Part shown: positions 21,226 through 31,609 of the stretch, piece by piece
Position numbering within the stretch: the stretch's first letter is position 1
Layout of the letters: the number at the start of each line of letters is the position of its first letter
Source of the DNA: Alphaproteobacteria bacterium
GTDB lineage: Bacteria; Pseudomonadota; Alphaproteobacteria; UBA828
Assembly: GCA_963422645.2 (NCBI GenBank)
Contig: CAXXVO010000008.1
Span: forward strand, 320,001 to 384,000
Direction: 5' to 3'
DNA: 64,000 bases
The notes under the pieces: model-generated
Seen by the model: only the letters and a program-made list of their open reading frames with translations
Databases searched by the model: none
What the model was told of the DNA's origin: nothing
Made by a program: the position numbers and the translations under genes

Positions 21226-22572
21226 ATGAGCGAGGCGGCAACGGGTCCTGTGCGCTTCACGGGCACGAGCGATCAGGTCATCGACTGGCTGCGCGCCAAC
21301 GGCGTCCAGCGCGTCCGCGTCGAGTATTGCGACTATGGCGGCGTTTCCCGCGGCAAGGCGATGGACATCGCCCACTTCGAGCGCACGATGCACCACGGCA
21401 TCGCCTTCTGCGCCACGGTCATGGCCTTCGACATCGCCGCCAACGTGGTCCTCGGCACCGACTATGGCGAGAACATCGGCTACGCCGACTTCCTCGCCGT
21501 GCCGGACCTCTCGAGCCTGCGCATCCTGCGCCATGAGCCCGACACGGCGCTGGTCATGGGCACGATGAAATGGCCCGACGGGCGCTTGGTCGAGGGCGAG
21601 CCCCGCAACGTGCTGCACCGGGTCGCCAAGCGCATGGAGGCGATGGGCTACGACGCCCGCTGCGCGCCGGAGTTCGAGTTCTTCCTCCTGGATAGCGAGC
21701 ACGAGAGGCTCGATGACGGCCTGCAGTGCTACTCGATGCAGAAGCGCACACAGTTCCTGGCCGAGGAATACTCGCTGCTCGACGCGGTCGCCGCCCACGG
21801 CGAGCTCGAATGCAGCCACTACGAGTGGGGCCCCGGTCAGTACGAGGTGAGCATCCGCCACCGGCCGGTGCGCGAGATGGGCGACGACGGCCACCTCTTC
21901 CGCGCCACCATGAAGGAGGCGGCGATGCAGATGGGCCGCCGCATCACCTTCATGGCGAAGCCCTTCGACAAGATGACCGGCAACTCCTGCCATATCCACA
22001 TGTCGCTGGTGGACGGCGACGGCAACAATGCCTTCGCGGCGCCGGACGAGCCGCAGCACATCAACGACACCTGCCGGCACTTCATGGGCGGCGTGCTCGC
22101 CCGGCTCACGGAACTGACCGCCGTCTTCTTCCCCAATTCCAACTCTTATCGACGGCTGGTGCCCGGCGCCTTCGCGCCGATTTCGCTAGCCTGGGGCGTG
22201 GACAACCGGACCGCCGCGATCCGCCTGATCAACGAGAGCCCGGCTGCCACGCGGCCGGAACTCCGCGTCTGTGGCGGCGACGTCAACGTCTACCTCGCCC
22301 TCGCCGCCTATCTCGCGGCCGGCCTCGACGGTATCGCCAACCGGACCGATCCGGGCCCGCCGGCGGAGGGCGACCTCGACGAGCAGGACGTGACCCGGCT
22401 ACCCGACGACTGGGGCGAGGCCCTCGCCAAGTTCGAGGCCTCGGACTGGGCCAAGGAGTGGTTCAGCGAGAAGTTCTGCCGCAACTACGCCCTGGTCAAG
22501 CGCTACGAGTACGACGATTTTCGTCGCCAGGTGCCGGAAACCGAGCGCGCGCGCTACGTTGAGTGGCTGTAG
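21226..22572 (+). CDS. Glutamine synthetase-like gamma-glutamyl ligase (PuuA-like)
   Basis: PEFEFFL, EWGPGQYE, FMAKP...GNSCHIH.SL, NSYRRL.PG.FAP, WG.DNRT. Confidence 0.88.
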   Translation: MSEAATGPVRFTGTSDQVIDWLRANGVQRVRVEYCDYGGVSRGKAMDIAHFERTMHHGIAFCATVMAFDIAANVVLGTDYGENIGYADFLAVPDLSSLRILRHEPDTALVMGTMKWPDGRLVEGEPRNVLHRVAKRMEAMGYDARCAPEFEFFLLDSEHERLDDGLQCYSMQKRTQFLAEEYSLLDAVAAHGELECSHYEWGPGQYEVSIRHRPVREMGDDGHLFRATMKEAAMQMGRRITFMAKPFDKMTGNSCHIHMSLVDGDGNNAFAAPDEPQHINDTCRHFMGGVLARLTELTAVFFPNSNSYRRLVPGAFAPISLAWGVDNRTAAIRLINESPAATRPELRVCGGDVNVYLALAAYLAAGLDGIANRTDPGPPAEGDLDEQDVTRLPDDWGEALAKFEASDWAKEWFSEKFCRNYALVKRYEYDDFRRQVPETERARYVEWL

Positions 22573-22590
22573 TTCGAGCCTTCGCGCTAG

Positions 22591-23823
22591 CTAAAGCGGC
22601 TCGCCCCGTGCGAGGCGCGACAGGTCGCCCGCGAGACCCATGGCGTGGCGCATGAAGAAGCGCTTGACCGGCGGCATCTCATTGACCGCCGCGAGGCCCA
22701 CGTCGCGGACCAGACGCAGCCCTTGATTGTCGTTCGAGAACAGGCGGTTGAGCCCGTCAGTCACGCCCATCAGCACCACTGAGTCGAAGCGCCGGCGGCG
22801 CTGATAGTGCGTGAGCACGTCGTCGCCGCCGATGTCGAGGCCGAGACGCGCGCGATCCACCACGAGCTCGGCCAGCACCGCGGCGTCGCGGATTCCGAGA
22901 TTGAAGCCCTGGCCTGCCAGCGGGTGAATCGCGTGCGCCGCATCGCCCGCGAGCGCGAGGCGTGGCGCGACATAGCGCTTCGCATGGGCGAGCCGGAGGG
23001 GATAGCTCCAGCGCGGGCCAGTCGGCTCCAGCGCGCCGAGGAAATCGCCGAAGCGCGCGCCGAGCTCCCTGGCAAAGACCTCGGATGAAGCCTCCATCAG
23101 GGAGGGCGCCAGCGCCGCCCTCTCGGTCCAGACCAGGGAGGAGCGGTCGCCCGTCATCGGCAGAATCGCGAAGGGACCGGCCGGCAGAAAGCGCTCGTGC
23201 GCGATGCCCCGGTGCGGTCGCTCGTGCGCCACCGTGCAGACGATTCCTGTCTGCTCGTAGGACCAGCGCACGGTCTCGATCCCGGCGGCGGCCCGCAGGC
23301 CGGAATTGGCGCCGTCAGCGGCGACCGCAAGCCGCGCACGCACGCACCGGCCGTCCGCAAGCCTCGCCTCCACCCCGCTGCCGGCGGGCTCCAGCGCCTC
23401 GACCGAGGCCGGCGCCAGGTGCCGGAGTGCAGCCAGCGCCGCCGCCCGCTCCAGCAAGGCGGCACGGATGTTCCGGTTCTCGACGATGTAGCCGAGCGGA
23501 TCGCTGCCCACGGTCTCGTGGTCATAGTGCAGGAAGAGCGGTGCATCGCTGTCGGAGACGCGGATCTCCAGGATCGGCTGCGCATCGTCCGCGAGCGCGA
23601 GCCACACTCCGATGCCGTCCAGAACCCGCCTGGAACCGAGCGCGATCGACGAGACCCTGCCGTCGAACGCGGCATCCTTCATCGCCGCCGGCGGCGCACC
23701 GTCGACCACCGCCGTCTCGATCCCGGCGCCGGCGAGCGCGACACCCAAGGTGAGCCCGACGAGGCCGCCGCCGGCGATGACGACATCGACCTCGATCCGC
23801 TCCCCCGCTTCAGCCGCCGCCAT
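22591..23823 (-). CDS. UbiH/UbiL-family FAD-dependent ubiquinone hydroxylase
   Basis: GGGLVG, AADGANS, ERFLPAGPFAILP, GDAAHAIHPLAGQGFNLG. Confidence 0.9.
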   Translation of the reverse strand: MAAAEAGERIEVDVVIAGGGLVGLTLGVALAGAGIETAVVDGAPPAAMKDAAFDGRVSSIALGSRRVLDGIGVWLALADDAQPILEIRVSDSDAPLFLHYDHETVGSDPLGYIVENRNIRAALLERAAALAALRHLAPASVEALEPAGSGVEARLADGRCVRARLAVAADGANSGLRAAAGIETVRWSYEQTGIVCTVAHERPHRGIAHERFLPAGPFAILPMTGDRSSLVWTERAALAPSLMEASSEVFARELGARFGDFLGALEPTGPRWSYPLRLAHAKRYVAPRLALAGDAAHAIHPLAGQGFNLGIRDAAVLAELVVDRARLGLDIGGDDVLTHYQRRRRFDSVVLMGVTDGLNRLFSNDNQGLRLVRDVGLAAVNEMPPVKRFFMRHAMGLAGDLSRLARGEPL

Positions 23824-23909
23824 GCCTCGCCATGCTCCGGGACTTGCCCTCCGACCGCCTCATCCTACCCCGGATCGCCGCTTGGCGGGCGTCGAGCGGG
23901 CAGCCGGCG

Positions 23910-24410
23910 CTAACGTTTCAGGCCGGCCAGGTCCCAGCCCACCTGGTTGTACATGTCGGGCGCGTTCCAGAGGCCGCGCAGGTACTGAATCCGGCCCTTC
24001 TCGACGAAGCAGATCTGGGAGAACTGGCAGTCGAAGCGCTGGCCGGTGCCCGCAAGGCCAAAGTAGTCTTTCGTGATGGTGCCGCTCATCCAGCCCATGT
24101 CGCAGACGACATTGCCCTGGACGCAGAACGCCTCGATGTAGAGCGAGAGGTCGGGCACTGCGTCCAGCCAGCCCGCGCCGAACTTCCGGATCGCGTCGTG
24201 GCCCACCGCCGGCGGCAGGGTGATGTCGTGATAGACCCCGTCCGCGGCCATGACGGCCACCACTTCATCGATATTCTGGCTCGACCAGCCTCGGCACTGC
24301 CGGACGAGGAGCGCGAGATTGTCCCGCTCGCTCTCGCTCATATCGCCGAGGTTCTCGATCGCCTCGTCGGCCAGGTTGCGCTCGCTCATCAACCACTCGC
24401 GTGTGCCCAT
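23910..24410 (-). CDS. SnoaL/NTF2-like (ester cyclase) protein
   Basis: YHDITLPPAVGHDAIR...PDL...GW.SGT...GL..TG.RF; ATG at 24410. Confidence 0.7.
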   Translation of the reverse strand: MGTREWLMSERNLADEAIENLGDMSESERDNLALLVRQCRGWSSQNIDEVVAVMAADGVYHDITLPPAVGHDAIRKFGAGWLDAVPDLSLYIEAFCVQGNVVCDMGWMSGTITKDYFGLAGTGQRFDCQFSQICFVEKGRIQYLRGLWNAPDMYNQVGWDLAGLKR

Positions 24411-24436
24411 GCGTTGCTCCTCTTTCCCTGCTTCTC

Positions 24437-25045
24437 TCAGCCCCGTCCGCCGGGTGCGAGCTCTGGACCGCCATGATCCGTCCGCCTCGACCACTGGATG
24501 ATTGTCTCGATCATCCCGGACTTCGCCTGAGCATAGGCGTTCATGTCCTGCCAGTCCTGCGCAGCGAGGTTCTGCTTGAGCGCCTGATATCGCGCGCGGA
24601 GGAAGGGGGCGGCACGCAGCGCGTCTCGCAGGCGCAGATAGCGCTCGATCTCAGGCGAGCCGACGGAGAGGACATGGACATGCACGTCGCGCTCCGGCGT
24701 GCGGAACATCCTGTGCTCCTCGAAGTCGGGCTCGCGCACGCGAAGCACGTAGCCCGCGCGCTCCATCGCCGGCAGATAGGAGTCTTCATCGGCTGAATTG
24801 GCGACCACCACCAGAATGTCCACGACCGGCTTCGCGGCGAGGCCAGGCACGGCGGTGGAGCCGATATGGTCGATCCCGACCGCGCCCGCGCCCAGCGCGG
24901 CGGCGATGCGCGCGCGATGCCGGCCGACGGTCTCGGGCCACTCCTGGCGGTACGGCACGATGACGACGGCAGGCGCCTCGACCCCGCCGATCAGTTCGGT
25001 CTCCCGCGGCGACCCGTCGCCGGACCCGTTCTCAGCTTCCGTCAC
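24437..25045 (-). CDS. GrpB family protein
   Basis: IVPY...W, IDHIGSTAVPGLAAKPVVDI, VHVHV, LRDALR, YAQAK. Confidence 0.9.
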   Translation of the reverse strand: MTEAENGSGDGSPRETELIGGVEAPAVVIVPYRQEWPETVGRHRARIAAALGAGAVGIDHIGSTAVPGLAAKPVVDILVVVANSADEDSYLPAMERAGYVLRVREPDFEEHRMFRTPERDVHVHVLSVGSPEIERYLRLRDALRAAPFLRARYQALKQNLAAQDWQDMNAYAQAKSGMIETIIQWSRRTDHGGPELAPGGRG

Positions 25046-25283
25046 AGGCTGCTCCCTGCGCCTCAGGGCGGATGATGCACCAATACCACAGCCGCCCCCG
25101 TCTCTTCCCGTTGGTGGGAGTGGCGAGGGCTGGGCCGCAAAGCGGCCCGGAGCGCGCGACCGCGCGCCGCGCCAATGGCGCGTAGCGTCGCGCGTCCACG
25201 CGCGCGGAACGCACGATCGAGCGGAGCGAACGCCCGGCGCCTGAGGGATTTGAAAGAATCACGTGGCGACGCATAATGGCGTC

Positions 25284-25496
25284 GTGATGACGGCAGTAAC
25301 GGTTGAGCAACGCAGACTTCGGCGCGGCGCGCGCCGCGGGCTCCTGATCGGGGCGGCGGCGGTGCTCGGCGTCGGACTCGTCGCCGCGCACGCGGACACC
25401 TGCTACGCACTGGCCGCCGAGGCCTACCAAAGCGTCACGGATTCCTACCTCGTCATGTGGATCGAGCGGGCGGGCGCCGCGCTCGGTTGCTTCTAA
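25284..25496 (+). CDS. Small hypothetical membrane/exported protein
   Basis: About 70 aa with one hydrophobic segment; preceded by TTGAAA-N16-CATAAT. Confidence 0.45.
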   Translation: MMTAVTVEQRRLRRGARRGLLIGAAAVLGVGLVAAHADTCYALAAEAYQSVTDSYLVMWIERAGAALGCF

Positions 25497-25535
25497 CGCG
25501 CAGCCTCGCCGGGGCCGCCGGGCACCGGAGGGACC

Positions 25536-26336
25536 ATGCCGAATTTTGCTGCCAATCTCAGCTTCCTCTTCCAGGAGCACGACTTTCTCGACCGCTTCGA
25601 GGCGGCGCAGCGCGCCGGCTTCAAGGCGGTCGAATACCTGTTTCCTTACGATCTTGCGTCGCCCGGGGAGATCGCGGCCCGTCTCAACGACCACGGGCTC
25701 GCCCAGGCGCTTTTCAACCTCGGGCAAGGCAACTGGCAGGCCGGCGAGCGCGGCATTACCGCATTGCCGGGCAGGGAGGACGACGTCCGCCGCGCGGTCG
25801 ACAACGCGCTACGCTATGCCGATGCGTTGGGCTGCCGCCAGCTCCACGTGATGGCCGGCATCGTGCCGGAGGGGGCGGACGCGCGGGCCTACGAGGACAC
25901 GTTCGTCGAGAATCTCGCCTACGCGGCGGAAGCACTGGGGCGCGAAGGCATCCGTGCGCTCATCGAGCCTCTGAACACGATCGACAATCCAGGCTATCTG
26001 CTGTCAACCGCTGGCCAAGCGCAGCGGGTGATTGACACGGTGGGGAGCGACAACCTCTTCCTCCAGTACGACTTCTATCACCGCCAGATCATGGAGGGGA
26101 GCTTGGCAGCGGGCTTCGCCCAGCATCGCCCGATCATCGCCCACATCCAGGTTTCCGGCGTCCCCGGCCGCCATGAGCCCGACGTGGGTGAGATCAACTA
26201 CCCCTACCTTTTCGACATGCTCGATGCGGCGGGGTATGACGGCTGGATCGGCTGCGAGTACCGACCCAAGGGAGGCACGCTGGAGGGCCTGGGCTGGCTC
26301 GAGCCTTACGGCATCGGAACCGCTTTGATCGCCTGA
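25536..26336 (+). CDS. Hydroxypyruvate isomerase family (Hyi/OtnI)
   Basis: MPNFAANLS.LF.E..FLDRF, IEPLN, YDFYH.QI, VPGRHEP..GEINY, GCEYRP. Confidence 0.92.
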   Translation: MPNFAANLSFLFQEHDFLDRFEAAQRAGFKAVEYLFPYDLASPGEIAARLNDHGLAQALFNLGQGNWQAGERGITALPGREDDVRRAVDNALRYADALGCRQLHVMAGIVPEGADARAYEDTFVENLAYAAEALGREGIRALIEPLNTIDNPGYLLSTAGQAQRVIDTVGSDNLFLQYDFYHRQIMEGSLAAGFAQHRPIIAHIQVSGVPGRHEPDVGEINYPYLFDMLDAAGYDGWIGCEYRPKGGTLEGLGWLEPYGIGTALIA

Positions 26337-26371
26337 GCAGCCGCAAGCGGCGCAGGAGCGAGGGGAAGGCA

Positions 26372-26738
26372 ATGAGCGACGACACTTACCAGGACATCGG
26401 CTACGGCGCGATGGAGATCGGCTTCGGCGAGCGACCCGGCATTCTCGTGGTCGATTTCCAGACCGGCTTCACCCAACCCCAATTTCCCCTCGGCAACTGC
26501 CCCCTGGTGCATCGCGCCGTGGAGAACACGGCGCGGGTGCTCGAGTCCGCCCGCGCGGCGCGTGTGCCGGTCGCCAACTGCTACACCGCCTATCATTCCG
26601 AGCGCGACATGCCCTACTGGAAGATCGCACCGGTGCGCGAGCACTTCTTCGAGGGCGACCCTTGCGCCGAGATGGAGCCCCGGACCTCCGACCCCGACTA
26701 TGACTACATCCTGCGCAAGTCGGGCCCTTCGATCTTCT
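26372..26738 (+). pseudogene. Isochorismatase-family amidohydrolase (N-carbamoylsarcosine amidase-like), truncated by IS-A
   Basis: GFGERPGILVVDFQ...LRKSGPSIF then IS inverted repeat at 26739; the C-terminal half with the catalytic Cys is absent. Confidence 0.85.
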
Positions 26739-28570
26739 GTAACTGCCCAGGTTCTTGCTGTGAAAATTCTCTGGGATTCGGCACAACGCTACCCACGCGA
26801 CGCCCGTGTGCTCCTCTGGGGTCGCCGGGTTTCACAGCTCACGATGCCCCTCTTGCGGACTGCGACCGGTAAGCTACCCCGATGTGGCCCGAAGTCCGCC
26901 CGCGCGACGGGCACCGATTTTCATTCTATGGGGTGGTCCAGCACGGCGTCGACCATGATCGTTTATGAGAATGGCTCCGCTGTTGGAGAACCCGTGCCAG
27001 GTGAGCTTACGCGCACTTGACGGTGGCGATGAGCCGATCCGATGGGCTGGTCAGGGCTTCGATGATATTCCAGCCCTGCTTTCTGGCGGTGGTGATGACG
27101 CTGCGCAGGATGGCGAAGTTCTCGGCCCCCTGCGCGGACCGGAAGCCCCCGGAGATCTTCTGGCGCAGCTTCATCATCCGAAGGTCGCGCTCGGCCTCGT
27201 TGTTCGTGAACCCGACCTCGAGGTCGATCAGGAACCGGAGCACCGCGCATTTGTGGTCGCGCAGCCTCAAGGCCAGATTGTGACCGATCCTTCGCTTCCG
27301 GCGCTTCTTCCTCTTGCCAGGCGAGAACGGTGGTTGGCTCTCGTGAAAGGCCAGCGCATCGGCGATGATCTCGTCGTATCGGCGCTCGATCAGCGCCACA
27401 AGCCTCGCCGGAACGGCGATATCCTTGTCCAGCGCGATGCGGGCGGCGCGATTGGCTCGGCGCAGGAGCTGCTGCATCCGCCGGGCCCAAGCCTCCCCTT
27501 CGATGTCCACCAGCGCCTGCAACTCCCGCAGGTGATGGGCGTTGCACAGGCCGTGCTCCACCCCTTCCATCGCGAAGTACGGCTTCCAGTGATCGTGCAC
27601 GACGATGCCGGAGACACCCGAGAGCAGGGCGCCGCGCTTGCCGCTGACCCGGTACGCCGCCAGCAGCGGCGTGCAGATCACATGAAGCCACTGCGTCTGA
27701 CCGCCGATCCGCAAGCCGGTCTCGTCCATGTGTTTCACCCGCGCCGTGCCCGCCGCCAGGTCCTGTATGTGCAAGGCCGCGTCCCGCAGCCGCTCGGCCG
27801 CCCTCTCGCTCATCGTCGCCAACGTCGCAGCCGTCACCGGCGCGCCGAAGAGCTCGGCCATCACCTGCGACAGCCGATCCTCCGGCAGGAAGTGAGCGTG
27901 CTGAAGGTAGACCGCCACCCCGGCAATGCGCGGGCCGTACTGCACCGGCGCCGACACCCCGTCGGGGAACGCCGCCCGGGTCACCGTCCCGCAATGCCCG
28001 CAGCACTTGGCATGCGCCCGGTGCTCGGTCACCTCCAGGGGGCTCGGCTCGGGCAGATCGAACACCTGGCGGGCGACGGGCGTTCCCGCCCTGGCCGCGT
28101 CCGAAAGCGGCGAACCGCATCCCTTGCAGGAAGCCGGGACGTGATCCTTCACCCGATCCGGGTGATCGGCGCGGCGCAGCGTCTTGCCCTTGTGGCCGGG
28201 CTGGCCACCGGGCTTGCGGCCCGATTTGCCGCGCAGGCTTCGGGTTCGCCGCTTCGAATTCGGCTTCCTCAGCCCATCGCTCGAAGGCGGCTTGCCGCTG
28301 TTGAGGCCGAGACGGCGCTCCAACTCCTCGATGCGCTCGACGAGACGCGCGACTTGCTCTTCCAGCCGCGCGTTCTGCTGCCGAAGCCAGGCATTTTCCT
28401 CCCGAAGCCGGGCGTTCTCCTCCTCCAGGCGGGCGATCTTCTGCGCGGGCGTTTCGGGCGCTGCTCCCGTCGAAGGGCCGCGCGGCGACTCGGGATTGCT
28501 CATGTCGTTGTTGAGTCATTTCCCGAAATTCCCGTCAAGCCCTTTCCACCAACTCCGAACGAGAAACGCC
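26739..28570 (-). mobile_element. IS66-family element IS-A copy 1 (left 47 bp missing)
   Basis: Right IR GTAACTGCCCAGGT at 26739; matches other IS-A copies up to 28570, where IS-B starts; 9-bp in-frame deletion (AACAGCGGC). Confidence 0.95.
27007..28503 (-). CDS. IS66 transposase (IS-A), the only uninterrupted ORF among the five copies
   Basis: Coiled coil, KPPSSDG, GGQPGH, Zn ribbon, HMDETG, VHDHW, CNAHHLREL, TNNEAER. Confidence 0.93.
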   Translation of the reverse strand: MSNPESPRGPSTGAAPETPAQKIARLEEENARLREENAWLRQQNARLEEQVARLVERIEELERRLGLNSGKPPSSDGLRKPNSKRRTRSLRGKSGRKPGGQPGHKGKTLRRADHPDRVKDHVPASCKGCGSPLSDAARAGTPVARQVFDLPEPSPLEVTEHRAHAKCCGHCGTVTRAAFPDGVSAPVQYGPRIAGVAVYLQHAHFLPEDRLSQVMAELFGAPVTAATLATMSERAAERLRDAALHIQDLAAGTARVKHMDETGLRIGGQTQWLHVICTPLLAAYRVSGKRGALLSGVSGIVVHDHWKPYFAMEGVEHGLCNAHHLRELQALVDIEGEAWARRMQQLLRRANRAARIALDKDIAVPARLVALIERRYDEIIADALAFHESQPPFSPGKRKKRRKRRIGHNLALRLRDHKCAVLRFLIDLEVGFTNNEAERDLRMMKLRQKISGGFRSAQGAENFAILRSVITTARKQGWNIIEALTSPSDRLIATVKCA

Positions 28571-28735
28571 GTAACTGCCCAGGTACCCCCTCTCTCTTAT
28601 GGAACAAGCCAGTTCCTTTTGCGTCAACGCCCCCACGCCGCGGGGGTGCCTACTCTCTTGAGCGCGAGAGGATGATGAACGCCGCGTCGCGAACAAGATG
28701 AGAGGACAGCGATACTCAGGATGAGCCGGAGAAGT

Positions 28736-30274
28736 TCAGGAGCGCAGTATAGGGATCAGCTGCATCGGTTCCGGGTGCGCCAGGATTTGCAGGATGTTCC
28801 AGCCTTGCTTTCGAGCGGTGACGATGACGCTGCGCATTCCGGCGAAGTTGCAGGCGCCTTGCAGGGAGCGGAAGCCGCCTGAGATCTTCTCATGCACTTT
28901 GTTCATACGGATGTCACGCTCCGCCTCGTTATTCGTGAACGGCGTGCGCAGGTCGGTGAGGAAGCGCAGGCAGCCCTCCTTATGCTTTTGAAGGCGGCGC
29001 GCGAGGTTGTGGCCGATGCGGCGTTTCTTTCGCCCTCGCTTTGCGATCTGGAGCGGCGGTTGGGCCTCATGGAAGGCGATGGCTTCTTCGAGGATACGGT
29101 CCCATGCCCTTGAGATGCGGGCCACCAGGGAGGCGGGGACTTGACGGTCTTTCTCACGGGCGAAGCGGGCGGCCCTGCGCGCGCGCTGAAGCAGGCGGTG
29201 CATGCTCGCCGCCCATTCCTCCTTCTCGATGTCGATCAGGGCCTGGAGTTCGCGCAGGTGATGTGCGTTGCAGGCGCCGTGGCGGACGCCCTTGATGGTG
29301 AAGTAGGGGGCGAAGTCGTCGTGGACGAGGATGCCTTTCAGGTTCTTTTCGACATCGCCGCGTCCCTCGCCGATGCGCAGGACGGTGAGCAACGGGGTGC
29401 ACAGCACATGGAGCCAGCGGGTACGGGCGGCGATACGCAGGCCGGTCTCGTCGAGGTGCTTGACCGGCGCCTGCGTGCGGATCAGATCGGCGACATGGTC
29501 GAGGAAGCCCTCGAAGCGCTGCGCTGTGCGCCGGCCCATGGCGGCGATCGTGGCAGTGGAGATGGACACCGCGAAGATGTCGCTCATGAGTTCGGCCAGA
29601 CGCTTCTCGGGCACGAACTGGGCGTACAGCAGGTAACTCACCCAAGCGGTGATGCGAGGGCCGTACTGGACCGGGGCGGTGACGCCCGGCGGGAAGGCGG
29701 CTCGTGTCAGCGTGCCGCATGCGCCGCAGAGGCAGCGATGGGCGCGGTGTTCGGTGACCTCGAGAGGCTGCGGCTCGGGTACGTCGAAGACCTGCCGACA
29801 GGCGGGCGCGCCTTGCCGGTCGGCGTCCGAGAGCTCGACGCCACAGCCGGAACAGGTGGAGGGGTGGTGATCGACGACACGGTCCGGGCTGTCGCTCCGC
29901 GCGAGGGTGGTTCCCTTGTGGCCGGGCTGGCCGCCACTGGGCCCGCCGGACTTTCCGCGCTGGCTTTGGGTGCGCCTCTGGGCTCCGCTTTTCTTCTTGA
30001 GCCCGTCGCTGGCGGGGGGCTTGCTGCTTGTGGTGCTGTTGAGGGCCGCGCTGCGCTCGAGTTCGGCGATGCGCTCGCGCAGGGCCGCGTTCTCCTGCTC
30101 GAGTGCGGCATTTTCCCGGGCGAGCGCGGTGGCTGATCGCAGCAGCCCCTGCCCCCATTCCCGGACGGCAACGACGACAGTGGTTGCGAGGGATGATGGC
30201 TCGAGAAGCTCCTTCAGGCAGCAGAAGGCCTCGTTACGGGCGGCGAGGTCTTCGTGCCAGTGCGACACCGTCAC
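28736..30274 (-). CDS. IS66 transposase (IS-B)
   Basis: SSKPPASDG, KHLDETG, VHDDF, CNAHHLREL, FTNNEAERD; GTG start overlaps the MTase stop (GTGA). Confidence 0.9.
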   Translation of the reverse strand: MTVSHWHEDLAARNEAFCCLKELLEPSSLATTVVVAVREWGQGLLRSATALARENAALEQENAALRERIAELERSAALNSTTSSKPPASDGLKKKSGAQRRTQSQRGKSGGPSGGQPGHKGTTLARSDSPDRVVDHHPSTCSGCGVELSDADRQGAPACRQVFDVPEPQPLEVTEHRAHRCLCGACGTLTRAAFPPGVTAPVQYGPRITAWVSYLLYAQFVPEKRLAELMSDIFAVSISTATIAAMGRRTAQRFEGFLDHVADLIRTQAPVKHLDETGLRIAARTRWLHVLCTPLLTVLRIGEGRGDVEKNLKGILVHDDFAPYFTIKGVRHGACNAHHLRELQALIDIEKEEWAASMHRLLQRARRAARFAREKDRQVPASLVARISRAWDRILEEAIAFHEAQPPLQIAKRGRKKRRIGHNLARRLQKHKEGCLRFLTDLRTPFTNNEAERDIRMNKVHEKISGGFRSLQGACNFAGMRSVIVTARKQGWNILQILAHPEPMQLIPILRS

Positions 30275-30936
30275 GTGTCTTCGGCCTCGACGGCCATCAT
30301 GGCGGCGAGCACGGCGAGGCGTTCGCCCGGCGGCAAGGCCTGGTAGCGCCGGCCCCAGTTGGCTGCCTTGCGCTTGATGCGCTGGCGGTCGGTGAAGTTC
30401 CGGCCTGCGTGGCTGGCCCAATGCATCCGGTCGGGGGCGTAGTTGAACCAGACGACCTCGGTTCGCACCAGACCCTGGGTCGTGACCTGCAGCGCCAGCC
30501 GGCGCCATCCCGCCAGCACCTCGTCATAGAGCGCCGACGGATGGCCCGAGATCATGACCTGGCAGGGCAGAGCCTTGAGCAGCGCGAGAAGCGCGACGTG
30601 GCCGGCCTCCTCGTACTCGAAGCGGTAGCGCTGCGCCGAGCGGCGGGTCGCGTGCAGATAGGGCGGATCGCTGTAAACCAGCTCCGGGCCCAGGAACGGG
30701 AACGAGGCCAGGAAGTCATGGGCACAGCCGTGAACCAGATCGACCGGGTAGTCGCAGACGAAGGCCTCGAGCGCCTGCGCATCGCGGTCGATGCCGATCG
30801 AACGCACGGCCGGCGGCTTGCGCTTCGTCAGCGCCCCGCCCCCAAGGTGGCTTTCGATGTAGACGGAGTGCGGCGGCATCAGCGCAATCAGCGCTTGGCA
30901 CAGACCTGCTGTCGCCTTCGAGCCGAAATACCCCAT
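30271..30936 (-). CDS. Compact Dam-like N6-adenine DNA methyltransferase (IS-B passenger)
   Basis: GYFGSK, YIESHLGGGA (motif I), GIDRD, YSDPPY (motif IV); 221 aa. Confidence 0.85.
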   Translation of the reverse strand: MGYFGSKATAGLCQALIALMPPHSVYIESHLGGGALTKRKPPAVRSIGIDRDAQALEAFVCDYPVDLVHGCAHDFLASFPFLGPELVYSDPPYLHATRRSAQRYRFEYEEAGHVALLALLKALPCQVMISGHPSALYDEVLAGWRRLALQVTTQGLVRTEVVWFNYAPDRMHWASHAGRNFTDRQRIKRKAANWGRRYQALPPGERLAVLAAMMAVEAEDT

Positions 30937-31609
30937 GGACCGCTCCCGTCACGCGAGAGAGCAGTCCATAGTCCCGCAACTCTATGAGGTCAAGAACCAA
31001 TCGCGGTGGCAGAACCAGGCCGCGGCCGCCGCCATAATCACCGTCCTCAACTCAGGATTGGGGTACCTGGGTAGTTACCATATATTTAGTCAGTTAGGCG
31101 ATGAACTTCATCCGATGAGACAATATCAATGTCCTCCGTAATCGTCGAACGGATCGAGTTGCTGGCGATCGGGCCCGATGGCGAGAGGGTGACGTGGTCG
31201 TCGCACCTCGGGCCCATGTACGAGGCGCTGATCGTGGCGCGGCTCTTCCTCTCCAATGGCGTGGAGGCCATTGCCGGTACGACGACCTATACGGAACACG
31301 AGTTCGACAAGACTGCGTACTCTGCTGCCAACCTGATGGCGCCATTCGTGCTCGGGCGAGACGCATTCGACACCCACGCTGCTTACAAAGACATGCGAAA
31401 GCGCTACGTCCCTCTTGGGCATGCGGCGCTTTCCCTCTTCGACATTGCCCTGCACGACGGCAAAGCGAAGTCTGAGAACCTGCCGATATATCGAATGCTG
31501 GGCGCCGCCCGGCACGAAATCCCCGCCTATGCGTCGAGCCCGTTATTGTCTACAGATCAAGCCTATATCGAGTACTGCCGTCAAGTACTTGAGCTGGGCT
31601 ATCGGGCGA

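Larger units (their letters stand above)
28571..31078 (-). mobile_element. IS66-family element IS-B copy 1 (2508 bp) with methyltransferase passenger
   Basis: IRs GTAACT(G/A)CCCAGGTACCCC at both ends; near-identical to 57330-59837; flanks do not form a TSD. Confidence 0.95.

Noticed and set aside
16866-26738. Creatinine degradation pathway (deaminase + N-carbamoylsarcosine amidase)
   Set aside because: The genes are 8 kb apart, no hydantoinase is present, and substrates cannot be assigned from motifs.
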